From: Nemertoderma westbladi
Taxonomy: Eukaryota; Animalia; Xenacoelomorpha
Length of the DNA: 53,088 bases
NCBI GenBank assembly: GCA_032718475.1
Contig: JAUCBJ010000973.1
Span: 1-53,088, forward strand
Direction of reading: 5' to 3'
The position numbers were made by a program, and so were the translations under genes. The notes below the pieces were generated by a model. The model did not search any database. It was not told where the DNA came from and saw nothing but the letters and a program-made list of their open reading frames with translations. Of the stretch, positions 12,596-24,039 are shown piece by piece. How positions within the stretch are numbered: position 1 is the first letter of the stretch; every line of letters begins with the position of its first letter.

Positions 12596-13639
12596 GCGAA
12601 CAAGGACATGATAATAATGCAATATCACGCCGTAAGCTTATACGGAAGGTCAAACGTACATTACTTCGTAAGCTTATCGTGAGTTGAGTTTGTAGGCGTA
12701 CCCCAACCATAAGTTAGTAATCCCGGCCACACACCATCACGTTATCTGTGTCAATAGATTGCGTAGCGAGTGATAGATAGTTAGTAATCTCTTGTTGACC
12801 TCCAATTCCTGCAATGTACTAATTATTAGATGCTGTCAAATAGTTAACGTTAATAACCATTGCCAATTCGATGCCCCGTAAGTGTTAACAGATGATTAGA
12901 TTACAGTACACATTATCAATCTACCTCATAGCAAATACAAAGGATAACAAACTCCCTAGTTAGTTACCGCTAGCAAATGCATTGCCATAGTAACTAGAAC
13001 ACGTTCATGGGGCCTTCGTACAGCACGAGGCTCAGTTATGAGTTACAATTACAGTATTTAAGAAATTTAACCAAACTGCCAATAATTCAAAGAAGAGGGG
13101 AAAGTTCCTCCTCTTCAACCTCCCTTTTAATCCGCACCACCCCAACCCAAAGGCGCACAGAGGATGTAACGGGATCCTGGTTGGCTAAGGGATCCCGACC
13201 GGATTGACTGATGTTGTAGTTCCCTATGAGTCGCCGCGTTGATAATACTAAAGGCCAAAGGTCGGGTAAAACAGAGAGTTTGATGTTATTACTTATCGTT
13301 GTTTATGATAACTTGCAATGTTTACCGTTAAATGGATTACAGCTCAATCGGTGTAATTACATAGACTACGGACGACGGTGAAATCTGTGCGACATCCTAC
13401 ATGAATGATATAGCCAACTGAATTGGTAGGCACGTGATGTCAATATATATAGAAACAGGGAAAAGCACATTACATAGGCTTAACACGTATAATTGGCCAT
13501 CCAAACGATACACATCCCAATAATTGCTGGGGGGCGTTCCCTCAGTAGTCGGTTTGGTTGGTGCCGCGCTGGCCGCTCAGTGGTCAGCTTATACTAGCTT
13601 ATACTACAATTCCTATCTCCCCTTGGGCCTATGTTAGCC
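12596..13639 (+). repeat. Left arm of the long inverted repeat (1,044 bp)
   Basis: Runs GCGAACAAGGACATG...GGGCCTATGTTAGCC. The mirrored 66-aa ORFs 13007..13207(+) and 17918..18118(-) differ by one residue. Confidence 0.97.
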
Positions 13640-14849
13640 CCTATCCCCTGAGGTGGGTTGTTAAACCGCCTCTTGGCTAACATATTGTTGTATCATCCAT
13701 TCTCTCGTATGCTTTATTGGCTGCATACCTTAACTGATTGATAAATCAGTTCACCCCCCATTTATTGGTTGGACGTGTATAACGGAATGGATCCGCTTAC
13801 ACTCCCCCCATGCTATCTTCCCAGTGAGAAGACAGCATCAACTGATAAGTGCACTCCATTCCGGGGAATCCAATCTAGCATTGGATGTGGGCTGGGATTA
13901 TCTTCACTGGGACCAGTCTCCGAATATGGTCCACTGGGTCTGATCTCATTGTCACTCCTGCGAGCTAGGGTGCACCAAGGCATGGGGCATCTCTAGTTTA
14001 GATGATCGCCGCTCCTCCGTCAATTTTAAATTGGGTACTGTCGGTACCCCTACTTCATCACTCCCCACACATCCTATTAGTCCCATAGGACACATCCTCA
14101 CCCCGACTCGCTCCCCACACTTTCCCAGATGTTGCACCCTTCATCCACCGACCTCCAGTACTCAACCCAACATTATATGTAATACACTTTACACTTTGCT
14201 CCAGTCGGATTCCCATGATAGCACATATGGGCACTCTATACATGATAAGTAGGTTCCGTCTGTTGTCTCATCCTCCTGTTTCAGTCAATGAGTCCCCCGT
14301 CCCAGTAGCTAGTTGAGAAAGGTTATATTTGACTTTATAGTATCTACATGGTTTTTTATTATATTTCTATATAATATTGCACTACGATTAATTGCACTAT
14401 GTATTAATTTGAATTATTTACAGTTAAGGTGGGAGTGTTCCTGAAACATTAGGTTATATTCCTGACGATGCCTTCCAGGCACACTGATGTTATCCCATCG
14501 ATGTTACACCAGGTGACATCCAGAGCATCAGTCAAGAACCTTCCTCCCATCCCTTCTGGAAACCATCGTAGTTCTTTACCTTTGTCATCGTCTTGTCTCG
14601 GGCATTTCTTGCTATCCAGCTGGTTCTTTAGTGGTTGGTTCCCTGGGTGGGGCCATTATTCTCTCTCGATATCGCTTTGCTGGTGGTCCTGTCGTGTACT
14701 TTACCCCTTGTGGCATCCCACATGGTGATTCCCATCTCGTGGGGAATGTGCTTGTCCAAGAATTACCTGAACTCTCCTCTTCCCTCCACCGTCCACCTAT
14801 ATAGGTATCGCTGGGTGTTGGTAACCCCTCCTCGCGATGCTGTTGTTAA

Positions 14850-15851
14850 CAACGCCTGGTAAGTAAAGGTAACTTTCTATGAATCAACTGGTAATGGACA
14901 TCCTGGTTGATAATGAAAAAACCACACCAGAATTCCTGGGCCTTCATCCTTTGCTTCTTTATCACGCCCATATCCGCCCAATCTTTGAACACCCATAACT
15001 TCTCCTCATCACTCATTCCATCGCAGTGACAGTCGAAGTGGCCATGGAACTTGTACTTATCGCATCAGTGGTGCAATTCCGGATATGCACCCAAGGTATG
15101 GCCCAAATCGTGACAATACTTACACCTTTCTCCTTTATCGTATCGGTGTAGTGTAAGTATCGGTATCATTCATTCTTTGATGGGTTAGTCACCCACAGTA
15201 GTCGCAGCTTGTCTCCTGAACTCACCCTTCTGGCCTACGCGTCCATTTGGGTCTGTGGTGTTGTTGATAGGTAAACATTTTGACATTCCTATCGCGACCC
15301 AAATCAATCTCGTTTCCTCCCTCGGCAGCGTCTCCCCGAATACTACTCTCGACCTGTACCAGGTTGATCCCCCAGTTTGATCGCCACCACCAGGAAGTTG
15401 GTTACTGGCTCTCCACATTCCCAAGCACTGGGCGAGGTTCCCGACCCAGAATCAACTCCAACTCATGATATCCTTCCCCAGACCAGCTCTCATATGAGAC
15501 CTCCCCATCACCTGCCCTCAACTTCTTCCTTCAATAGTCACCCTCGGACCCCGCAGGTATCGGCATCCTCTGCATCCTGGACGTCGATCCTGGCAGATGG
15601 TTTAATTTGGGCCCATTCTTCTTTCCATAGGTCCCCAAGTCAAACAGAAAAATATCTCTGTTCGGTGCTCCCATAAGTTGCAATATGGTCTTACCAGATC
15701 CTGTTGACCCCTTTCTTGTCTCCTCGTAATCCTCTATGGTCCCCTCGTTATCCAGAAGCATATAGCCCTCCTTGTCTATCGAGTCCATGAATTTCTTTGA
15801 TAGATCCCTCTTGTGAGTCAGAATCCCGAAGGTTGCCTCTTTTCCCTTCAC
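14850..15851 (-). pseudogene. Decayed coding region downstream of the integrase: DEDD 3'-5' exonuclease-like segment plus two degenerate CCHC zinc knuckles
   Basis: LLDNEG...ILQLMGAPNRDIFLFDL resembles the ExoI/LQ-x-FD pattern of DEDDy exonucleases. 15023..15124 reads CKYCHDLGHTLGAY and CDKYKFHGHFDCHC, i.e. CX2CX4HX4C spacing with one C-to-Y change each. Stops and frameshifts are present. Confidence 0.5.
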
Positions 15852-16955
15852 GACAAACCACCCAGGCGAGTCTTCATTGGTTGTCGATGACTGTGAAATC
15901 CATCACTGTTATTAAGTCGCCTTTCTTCAGTTCCCGTTGATTATTCCTTCACTTGCTCCTCTTGCGGAACGTACTCTTGGAGACACCTCTCCCAATACTC
16001 TGCTCCAATGGCATTAGCCACCTTCCAACTTTGTCACACATATACATCGTCCATGTGTATGTATCTCATGTCTACTTCTGCTGGCCTCTCTTGTAGTAGG
16101 TGCGCCAGTGTCAAAGCCTCATGGACTCTGGATCGTCATTCAAGGGACACAGCAGTCAGCTGTTTATTACACCATCGCACTTTGCCTGCACTGTCCTCAG
16201 TACATCCTCCATCACCATGTGGTTGTTGAGAAGTGTTGTCCTCAGCCGCTTAGTGCTACTGACCATGCGTTCTATGCAACCCAGCTTGTGGGGTGCATAT
16301 GGCGTCCTCCTCTCCCAGTTATAGGGGGCTTCCATATAGCTCCCTTCACTCCTCCCCCTCCAGAATGTCAAAGGCCTCTGCCAACTTGTTCTCCGCTTCA
16401 ATGAAGTTGGTTTCATTGTCCGAGTTGAGGACCTTGACTATTCCGCCCCGCTGGGTTACGAATCGATCCAACGCATTTATAAATGCCGATGCTGTCGCAT
16501 CCTGTTCCAGTTCTATCGCTACTGCCCATGACTTGTTACACACAAAGATTATCCCGTAGCATTTCTCCATGTGCCTCATCACTTTGATCTTTATCGGACC
16601 AAACATATCTACACCACTATACGTGAATGGCGGTATATTATGCGTCACCCTCGTTTCCAGGAATGGTGCCATCTCTTGTATGGCCCTTGTCTTCCTAATC
16701 CGCCGACCATCTGACACTGTCCCACTACTGACTTCACCATCTTCCTCAGTTGGTTTACCCAATATGCCATCCTTATCTCATCAAGGGTTGCGCCGCATCG
16801 GCTCCGCTGTGTACTGTGGTTTAATCGGAGTCCCATATGATCTGGTTGACTATCAGCGACCCCAGGGGGATTATTATTGGTTTTGGGTTCAACGGTATTA
16901 ACCCACTTGTGTTGTTGGCTATCCTAGAGTTCATTACCAGGATGCCATTGTTATG
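15850..16955 (-). pseudogene. BEL/Pao-type integrase (zinc-binding region, DDE core, DUF5641-like tail), frameshifted
   Basis: In order on the minus strand: NGILVMNSRIAN..KPIIIP..HSG; TLDEIRMAYWV..VKSVVGQC; QEMAPFLETRV..PFTYSGVDMFGP..YGIIFVC..AVAIEL..AFINALDRFVTQRG..SDNETNF; APHKLGCIERMVSSTKR; EYWERCLQEY..LKKGDLITVMD. This motif series is characteristic of the BEL/Pao pol C-terminus. Confidence 0.88.
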
Positions 16956-17485
16956 GAATTAATAGACTTTTAGTTAGTTCAAACCAGACTGTAGCCTAAC
17001 GATGGACAAATGTTACATGAACTTATACTATTACTGTAGTTTACTTATTGCCAATATAATCACCATGACCCACAAGATCTATACAATGCTACCAGTACTA
17101 CAGTATATATACCATATTTTTAAATAGCTCGGAATAGGAGGAAAGGAAGAAATATTATTGAAGGAAGAAATTTATACGAAAAGATACCTTAGGGGGAAAA
17201 CTTGATTTTCGAGTTTGATTTTGTGTGCGATAGACCGACATCTCAGCTCTTTAATGAGGTAATAAAAATCATAATGATTGGTTTATTAGATAGGTACAGA
17301 GACATTAATGTATTGTGCAAAGGGGCAACTTTTTTAAAACAAAAGCCAAAAATTGAAATTCAGTTTGGGACGTCGCGGAGCACGTGAATAACTGAAGCCA
17401 ATCTGTAATACAAGTAGTAGGGGTTTGGCCGGCTCGGTGACACTTGGACCCCACTCATGAGTGGGGTCCAAGACAGACCCCACTC

Positions 17486-18529
17486 GGCTAACATAGGCCC
17501 AAGGGGAGATAGGAATTGTAGTATAAGCTAGTATAAGCTGACCACTGAGCGGCCAGCGCAGCACCAACCAAACCGACTACTGAGGGAACGCCACCAAGCA
17601 ATTATTGGGATGTGTATCGTTTGGATGGCCAATTATACGTTTTAAGCCTATGTAATGTGCTTTTCCCTGTTTCTATATATATTGACATCACGTGCCTACC
17701 AATTCAGTTGGCTATATCATTCATGTAGGATGTCGCACAGATTTCACCGTCGTCCGTAGCCTATGTAATTACACCGATTGAGCTGTAATCAATTTAACGG
17801 TAAACATTGCAAGTTATCATTAACAACGATAAGTAATAACATCAAACTCTCTGTTTTACCCGACCTTTGGCCTTTAGTATTATCAACGCGGCGACTCATA
17901 GGGAACTACAACATCAGTCAATCCGGTCGGGATCCCTTAGCCAACCAGGATCCCGTTACATCCTCTGTGCGCCTTTGGGTTGGGGTGGTGCAGATTAAAA
18001 GGGAGGTTGAAGAGGAGGAACTTTCCCCTCTTCTTTGAATTATTGGCAGTTTGGTTAAATTTCTTAAATACTGTAATTGTAACTCATAACTGAGCCTCGT
18101 GCTGTACGAAGGCCCCATGAACGTGTTCTAGTTACTATGGCAATGCATTTGCTAGCGGTAACTAACTAGGGTGTTTGTTATCCTTCGTATTTGCTACGAG
18201 GTAGATAGATAATGTGTACTGTAATCTAATCATCTGTTAACACTTACGGGGCATCGAATTGGCAATGGTTATTAACGTTAACTATTTGACAGCTTCTAAT
18301 AATTAGTACATTGCAGGAATTGGAGGTCAACAAGAGATTACTAACTATCTATCACTCGCTACGCTATCTATTGACACAGATAACGTGATGGTGTGTGGCC
18401 GGGATTACTAACTTATGGTTGGGGTACGCCTACAAACTCAACTCACGATATGCTTACGATGTAATTTACGTTTGACCTTCCGTATAAGCTTACGGCGTGA
18501 TATTGCATTATTATCATGTCCTTGTTCGC
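17486..18529 (-). repeat. Right arm of the long inverted repeat (1,044 bp)
   Basis: Runs GGCTAACATAGGCCC...CATGTCCTTGTTCGC, the reverse complement of 12596..13639. Confidence 0.97.
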
Positions 18530-18835
18530 GGAAAATGCTAGGTACTGCTAGTCGTAATAATGAAACAAACAAAAATATGCAAATGAACAAAGATACTCTG
18601 ATCAAGGTAAACAACATAAGCTTACTTTCAAATATGGAGATGGATGGAATATCTACCAGACTACTATTCCACTCCCGAACTACTTTAATCAAAGTTCACG
18701 TTCCCATGGTAGTAGTTTTTCAGTGAATCACTCAATATATACAGTATATCTAATAATGTCCGACGGCAAGCATCACCATCGCCCTTATTAATATTCATTG
18801 GGAAGCATTGACCCCTATTACTGTAAGGTGTCCCC

Positions 18836-19114
18836 CATTAATGTTTGTGCCCCTCATAAATGTTTGTGTCCCTCATTAATGTTTGTGTCCCTCATTAATG
18901 TTTGTATCCCTCATTGATGTTTGTGTCCCTCATTAATGTTTGTGTCCCTCATTAATGTTTGTGTCCCTCATTAATGTTTGTGTCCCTCATTAATGTTTGT
19001 GTCCCTCATTAATGTTTGTGTCCGTCATTAATGTTTGTGTCCCTCATTAATGTTTGTGTCCCTCATTAATGAGCCCCTCATTAATGTTTGTGTCCCACAT
19101 TAATGTTTATGTCC
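18836..19114. repeat. 19-bp tandem repeat (CATTAATGTTTGTGTCCCT), ~14 copies
   Basis: Direct periodicity, with one internally deleted copy. Confidence 0.95.
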
Positions 19115-19514
19115 TGGCCGCTATGGGCTTCCGTTGATGCTTCTGTAAGAAACAGCTTCTGTACTCGGTATAACTGACTTACGGATCTCGTTTTATATCG
19201 ATCTACGATAAACCAGTCCATGATGATCACTTATCTATGGTATCTATGGTAACCGTGAACGCTTCCATTTCCAACATTATTGTCTCCCATTCATGGAGTC
19301 ATTTCCCGATTTGGGGAATCTTTTGACCAAAAATATATGTTGTTAAGATGCACCCACCACCCTTTAAACGAAATACCTAAAGAGAATTGGGGAAAATGCA
19401 ATCATCCTTGACAATGTACGTTAATCAATATGGCTCGACATATATATTGTGACATGAGGTGGTGAAGCACTCAAATGCAGACAAAAGTGCATTTTCAAAG
19501 GGATCCAATGGCTA

Positions 19515-20684
19515 CTTGGTCGCAGGAAACATTCCCTCGAGACATCCAACCTCCACACTATAGTTAGCACGACGAACTACTGCAGTTGGAGAATATATTC
19601 TTTGAATTTGAGTTGATTAAGACGAACAATGGAGCACGGATGGGTCCTCCTCAGTTCCTGTGTTGATCGAATCAATTTATAGCGGAATTAATATATCGTA
19701 GGGCGCTGTTTGAGTTGTCTCCACTCCAGTCATTCTAAGTTAAGGTACTTTAAGTTAATGTCTTAGAAGTTATATAAGTAAGAATTTATATATATCCCTT
19801 GTGGTATTGCCCGGGTAGGATCAATGTGATGGATGATGTGCTTGCACTGCACGGTGAGCATAAAGCAGCACAGGCTCAACTGCTGTACGGAATAGATGTA
19901 CCTTTAAGGAGCAGAGCATGAGATATCACAGCTCTTAAAGATGCTAGATAGATTGTGGATGGCAGACCTTTACGAATTCGATGATTTTCACCAGAACTCC
20001 GAACTCATAATCCAAGGTAGCAGAAGTCATTGACATGACTTTTTTGGTCTTTATGTTATTCACGGAGGCCCACATTGGATGCCTCTTACAGCTTACATGC
20101 ATCAGTGGTGGCCTCCTACCTCTATCTACTGTCATGGAGACAGCACCATCATTGTCACCATAACATTGTCCGGATACCCTAAATGGACAATTATAAAATA
20201 ATGATGTCCACAACTTTTAGTAACTTGTGCGCACAACTTGTATCTTTTATTCACAACTTACGTAAGTTGTGCGCCGAAGTTACAGTTAGTATATTCAGCG
20301 CACAAGTAACTAAGTTGTGCAAACAACCACAAGGGATTAATGTAGTTCTGAAATGGATTGATCTAATAATACGTATTAGATCAATCATAAAAAGTGACCC
20401 CCCCCCCCCCCCCCCACCCCCCATAAAAAGTGCCATAACTTAATTTATAATGGCCGTAGCGTGGAGGAGATATCTCAAACTGTGCCCAACGGTATATTAA
20501 TTCATTTATAAAATGATTCAAACATCACAGGAAATCAGGAGGACCCATCCGTGCTCCATTGTTCGTCTTAATTAAATTCAAATTCAATGAATAGTTTCCC
20601 TAGCCCAGCTGCAGTAGTTGGTCATGCTAACCATAGAGCGGAGGTTGTATATCTCAAGGCAAGGCAATCTTTCCTGCGACCAAG
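19515..20684. mobile_element. TA-flanked element with ~215-bp diverged TIRs (CTTGGTCGCAGGAAA...TTTCCTGCGACCAAG)
   Basis: 19515..19728 aligns to the reverse complement of 20461..20684. A TA dinucleotide lies immediately outside both ends. Confidence 0.65.
19830..20190 (-). mobile_element. Decayed RTE-like LINE RT/C-terminal fragment inside the TIR element
   Basis: Minus-strand pieces YGDND (degenerate YADD), ASNVGL..NNIKTK, DFCYLG..RIRKGL and LKVHLFRTAVEPVLLY occur in the expected order. Confidence 0.7.
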
Positions 20685-22134
20685 TACAGCTGAAATAAAT
20701 AAATCGTAAATTGAAATATCCGGCCAGGTCAGTTTTAAGAAACAGTGCCGAACTACTGTAAATTCATACTAAATTTCGTATTATTTCATTATTTTATTTG
20801 AAAAAGGCTATTATTTTTAAATTTGAGTTGATTAAACGTTGGCATTTTAACACTCGCTTCGCTCGTGCTAAAAACCTGCCAACTCTTGTACAACTCAACC
20901 ACTCGGACAGAATAGTTTAATTTCGCTAAATTGAAAATGAGTGAAAAAAAGCGTTGTTTTCCGCTTACTTTTTTGTATCGAATAATAGTCCTTTTTTTCA
21001 TTTTTGTATTTTTAACATTTTTTAAGAAAGTATTATTGTTTCCTTTTTTGTTTCTAACTGTTCACTTGTTGTTATTATTATAATATGTTTATTGAACTGG
21101 CCCAATGTTAAATTGTTGATTACTATTTTTGTAATGGAAGAGGCTTTTCATGACTATTTTTATCACGGCTATTCATGACGAAATTAGGAAACTTTGCAAG
21201 GAAAACCACAATGTGATTGTGTCTGAAAGGACAATTCGACGTCACAATGCATTGAGCATCAACTTAAACATTAGAAAATAATTTAATGTAGGAGACATTC
21301 GACATATAGAGGCAGCAATTAAACATTCGAAAAAAAAATGAAAAAAATACTTTCGAAAAAGATGAAAAAAATCCAAACGAATAAAGACGAAAAAAATGCA
21401 AAAATACTTGCTTTCGAAAAATATGAAAAAAAAAATACTAAAAAAGCAGTAAATGGTCGGAAATCACCACCGTAGTTTAGTGTACAAAATTATTGGTGTT
21501 TCGGTCCAGAGATATGTAATATATTATGTAAATGAAAATTACCTGGTCCCAGCTATTGATAAAGTTGCCTTTATCATTATTTCTTTATTGAAATAAATAA
21601 AGGATTGATTTGGTAAAATAATGGTACTATAGCGCAATCGTAATGCCGACAGAACCGGAGGCGTCGCAACGGGGGGAGGGGGGAAATGTTCCCCCGGGCG
21701 CACTCACCCAGGGGCGCTGAAATGCCAGGGAAAATGTCAGGGAATTCTTGTAAAAATAGAACAAATCAGTGAAAATTCAAGGATTGCGATACATTATTTT
21801 ACAGGACATGTGTCATAAGCGAAAATGCGGAAAAATTTTTTCTGCTCGCTTCGCTCGCCACCATATATCGCTTCATTCAATATACTATAAGTGCACTACG
21901 GTACTGTACAGTATAGTGTAAAATAGAAATAAATATAAATTAAAATAGAAAATAGAAACAAGCAGCCCCAAATAACTCCAAACAGTTTACTGCAGTAGGG
22001 ACTAGGGATAACAAAGTGTATAAAGGTGATAGGTCAGTAGGTACCGGTACCGCTAGGCTATCACACATCTGTTACAAAATATCATCTGTAAAAAATACTT
22101 CAGATTATTCCCCTCAACCAAATTAATAGAAACC

Positions 22135-22722
22135 ATGCCTATCCGCTATGCTTGGAAACCGAAAAGGTCCCCGAAACGCGAAGACAAATACTGGCGGAAC
22201 CTCGGGAAAGGGCCCGCGAGACGCCTCGATCTAATCCGTAACGTAGTAACTAAACTCTACCGGTACGAACGACTAGAGATGTCGTACGACTTGGCGGACG
22301 AGGCGCAACCGTACGCGGAGAAATTAATAAACATCGCGAAATTAGGAGACCAAAACGCTTACGCGATGTCCATGGCCGACTACTATATAACCGAGAAAGA
22401 TTTAATCCCTAAACTCTTCCACGTGTTCGTTCCCCGTTACGCCGACATGTCGGACGGGTTTATTAAAGTGTTCCGCAGTCCGCCGACACCCGACAACCGC
22501 CCGATGGGGATCATCGATATGAAACTGAACGGATACCCCCCGTTGAGACCAGAACATCCGTACTCCGAGTATAATATTCTAAATGTTTTAATAAACTCTG
22601 CGAAACGGCGACAAACTGATTCGAATATTAAACAACCCGAGGGTTTAGCTTTAGACAGTAATAATAAAGCGGCTATCAATAGTAATATTGAAATTCATAA
22701 TGAATTACATACGGAAAAATAA
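22135..22722 (+). CDS. MRPL17: Mitochondrial large ribosomal subunit protein bL17m, single exon, 195 aa
   Basis: RNLGKGPARRLDLIRNVVTKLYRYERLE..ADEAQPYAEKLINIAKLGD..AMSMADYYITEKDLIPKLFHVFVPRY is the metazoan MRPL17 signature. Confidence 0.93.
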   Translation: MPIRYAWKPKRSPKREDKYWRNLGKGPARRLDLIRNVVTKLYRYERLEMSYDLADEAQPYAEKLINIAKLGDQNAYAMSMADYYITEKDLIPKLFHVFVPRYADMSDGFIKVFRSPPTPDNRPMGIIDMKLNGYPPLRPEHPYSEYNILNVLINSAKRRQTDSNIKQPEGLALDSNNKAAINSNIEIHNELHTEK

Positions 22723-22802
22723 ATTTGATTAATTAATTTAATTATATTATTAATTAAGGTGTTAAGTGAATCCATTAGTTATTTCGAGATGTTCTTACGA
22801 AT

Positions 22803-22940
22803 GAGACGGGGGGGGGGGGGGGGGGGGGTGCTGCAAATCCCATCTCGGCGAATTAATATATCGTCTAAATGTTAAATTATCAATTTATGGAAAGGAGCAG
22901 GTTACAGTGGCACGTTATTCTAACCAAAACAATAAACTAA
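22803..22940 (+). mobile_element. MITE family A, 5' half, with poly-G
   Basis: Matches 10823..10965, including GGAAAGGAGCAGGTTACAGTGGCACGTTATT..AACCAAAACAATAAAC. Confidence 0.75.
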
Positions 22941-23238
22941 AGTCAATATTATGTTTCACTAATTGATGACATTCGGTTTGCTGCGTGAGAATTTCCGTCA
23001 TACAATTATTAGAAGAAAGAAAAGACGAAAAGTCCGTGGAATGCCGTAGTTATAATTATTTTTTATCACCCAACGCCGGTACCTACCAGTACCTGCCATA
23101 GATCCATTAGACCACCACAGGCTCTACTAGAAGTGGCACCTTTAATGAGGGGAGAATCACAGCAAAGCTCAACAAATTCATTTTTAGTAAAAAAATAGTG
23201 TTTAGTGATTAATATTTCAGCATAAAAACGTTATTGTC

Positions 23239-23450
23239 AGAGACAGGAGGGAGACTTGACGCAAATTCCATCTCGTCGAATTAATATCCCGCCTCAATGT
23301 TAAATTCTCAATTCAGGAAAGGAGAAGGTTACAGTGGCACGTTATTCTAAACAATAAACGAAACTCAATACAACAACAGGTTTCAGTTTATTTTTGAGAG
23401 TAATCAGCTATTATTTGCGTCGATTTTCCCCTGGAGAGGGATTAATGTTT
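23239..23450 (+). mobile_element. MITE family A copy, 3' TIR missing
   Basis: Colinear with 10823..11050 and with the reverse complement of 31715..31925. Confidence 0.78.
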
Positions 23451-23609
23451 TACGTAAAAAGTCCCTACCCGTATTGTGAACATTCAAATTTGCCTGTTGA
23501 ACCATTAACTTGAATTGGAAATTAAAAAAGCAAAGTGGAAAATCATTGTTGTTCGTCAAGTATTTGATTCATAAAAATGGTCTTTATGACCTAATTATAG
23601 GGTAATTAC

Positions 23610-23946
23610 CGGATATAAGATGCTCTTTATATACCGAAGAGGTATAAAGCTTGCTCTTTATAATCCCGCGGTAAAGCGGTGAATATCATTTCAGTTATCC
23701 CGTATACTGACTTTCGACGGATATAAGATGCTCTTTATATACCGAAGAGGTATAAAGCTTGCTCTTTATAATCCCGCGGTAAAGCGGTGAATATCATTTC
23801 AGTTATCCCGTATACTGACTTTCGACGGATATAAGATGCTCTTTATATACCGAAGAGGTATAAAGCTTGCTCTTTATAATCCCGCGGTAAAGCGGTGAAT
23901 ATCATTTCAGTTATCCCGTATACTGACTTTCGACGGATATAAGATG
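23610..23946. repeat. 108-bp tandem repeat, ~3.1 identical copies
   Basis: Units start at 23610, 23718, 23826 and 23934. Confidence 0.95.
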
Positions 23947-24039
23947 TTCCCAGCGTATGACGGTGATACTGCACTTGAGTCAAGATAAAAGCAGTACACT
24001 ATAAACTCCAGACGATCCTACGAGGGTTAACAGTTATCA

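Larger units (their letters stand above)
12596..18529. mobile_element. 5.9-kb unit with 1,044-bp terminal inverted repeats enclosing a decayed BEL/Pao-type integrase region
   Basis: 12596..13639 is the reverse complement of 17486..18529 (same length, ~17 substitutions by eye). The interior carries integrase remnants on the minus strand. No exact TSD is visible. Confidence 0.75.

Noticed and set aside
13007-13207. 66-aa ORF present in both arms (mirror copy at 17918..18118)
   Set aside because: The duplication simply reflects the inverted repeat; the ORF is short and has no recognisable motif.
15690-15720. GSTGSGKT as proof of an ATPase/helicase gene
   Set aside because: No clear Walker B or helicase motifs follow, and the flanking residues fit an exonuclease-like pattern at least as well. 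It is kept only as an alternative reading.
12596-18529. Classification as DIRS, Polinton/Maverick or an intact LTR retrotransposon
   Set aside because: There is no tyrosine recombinase or RT (DIRS), no polB/capsid and no 6-bp TSD (Polinton), and the repeats are inverted and lack TG...CA ends (LTR element).
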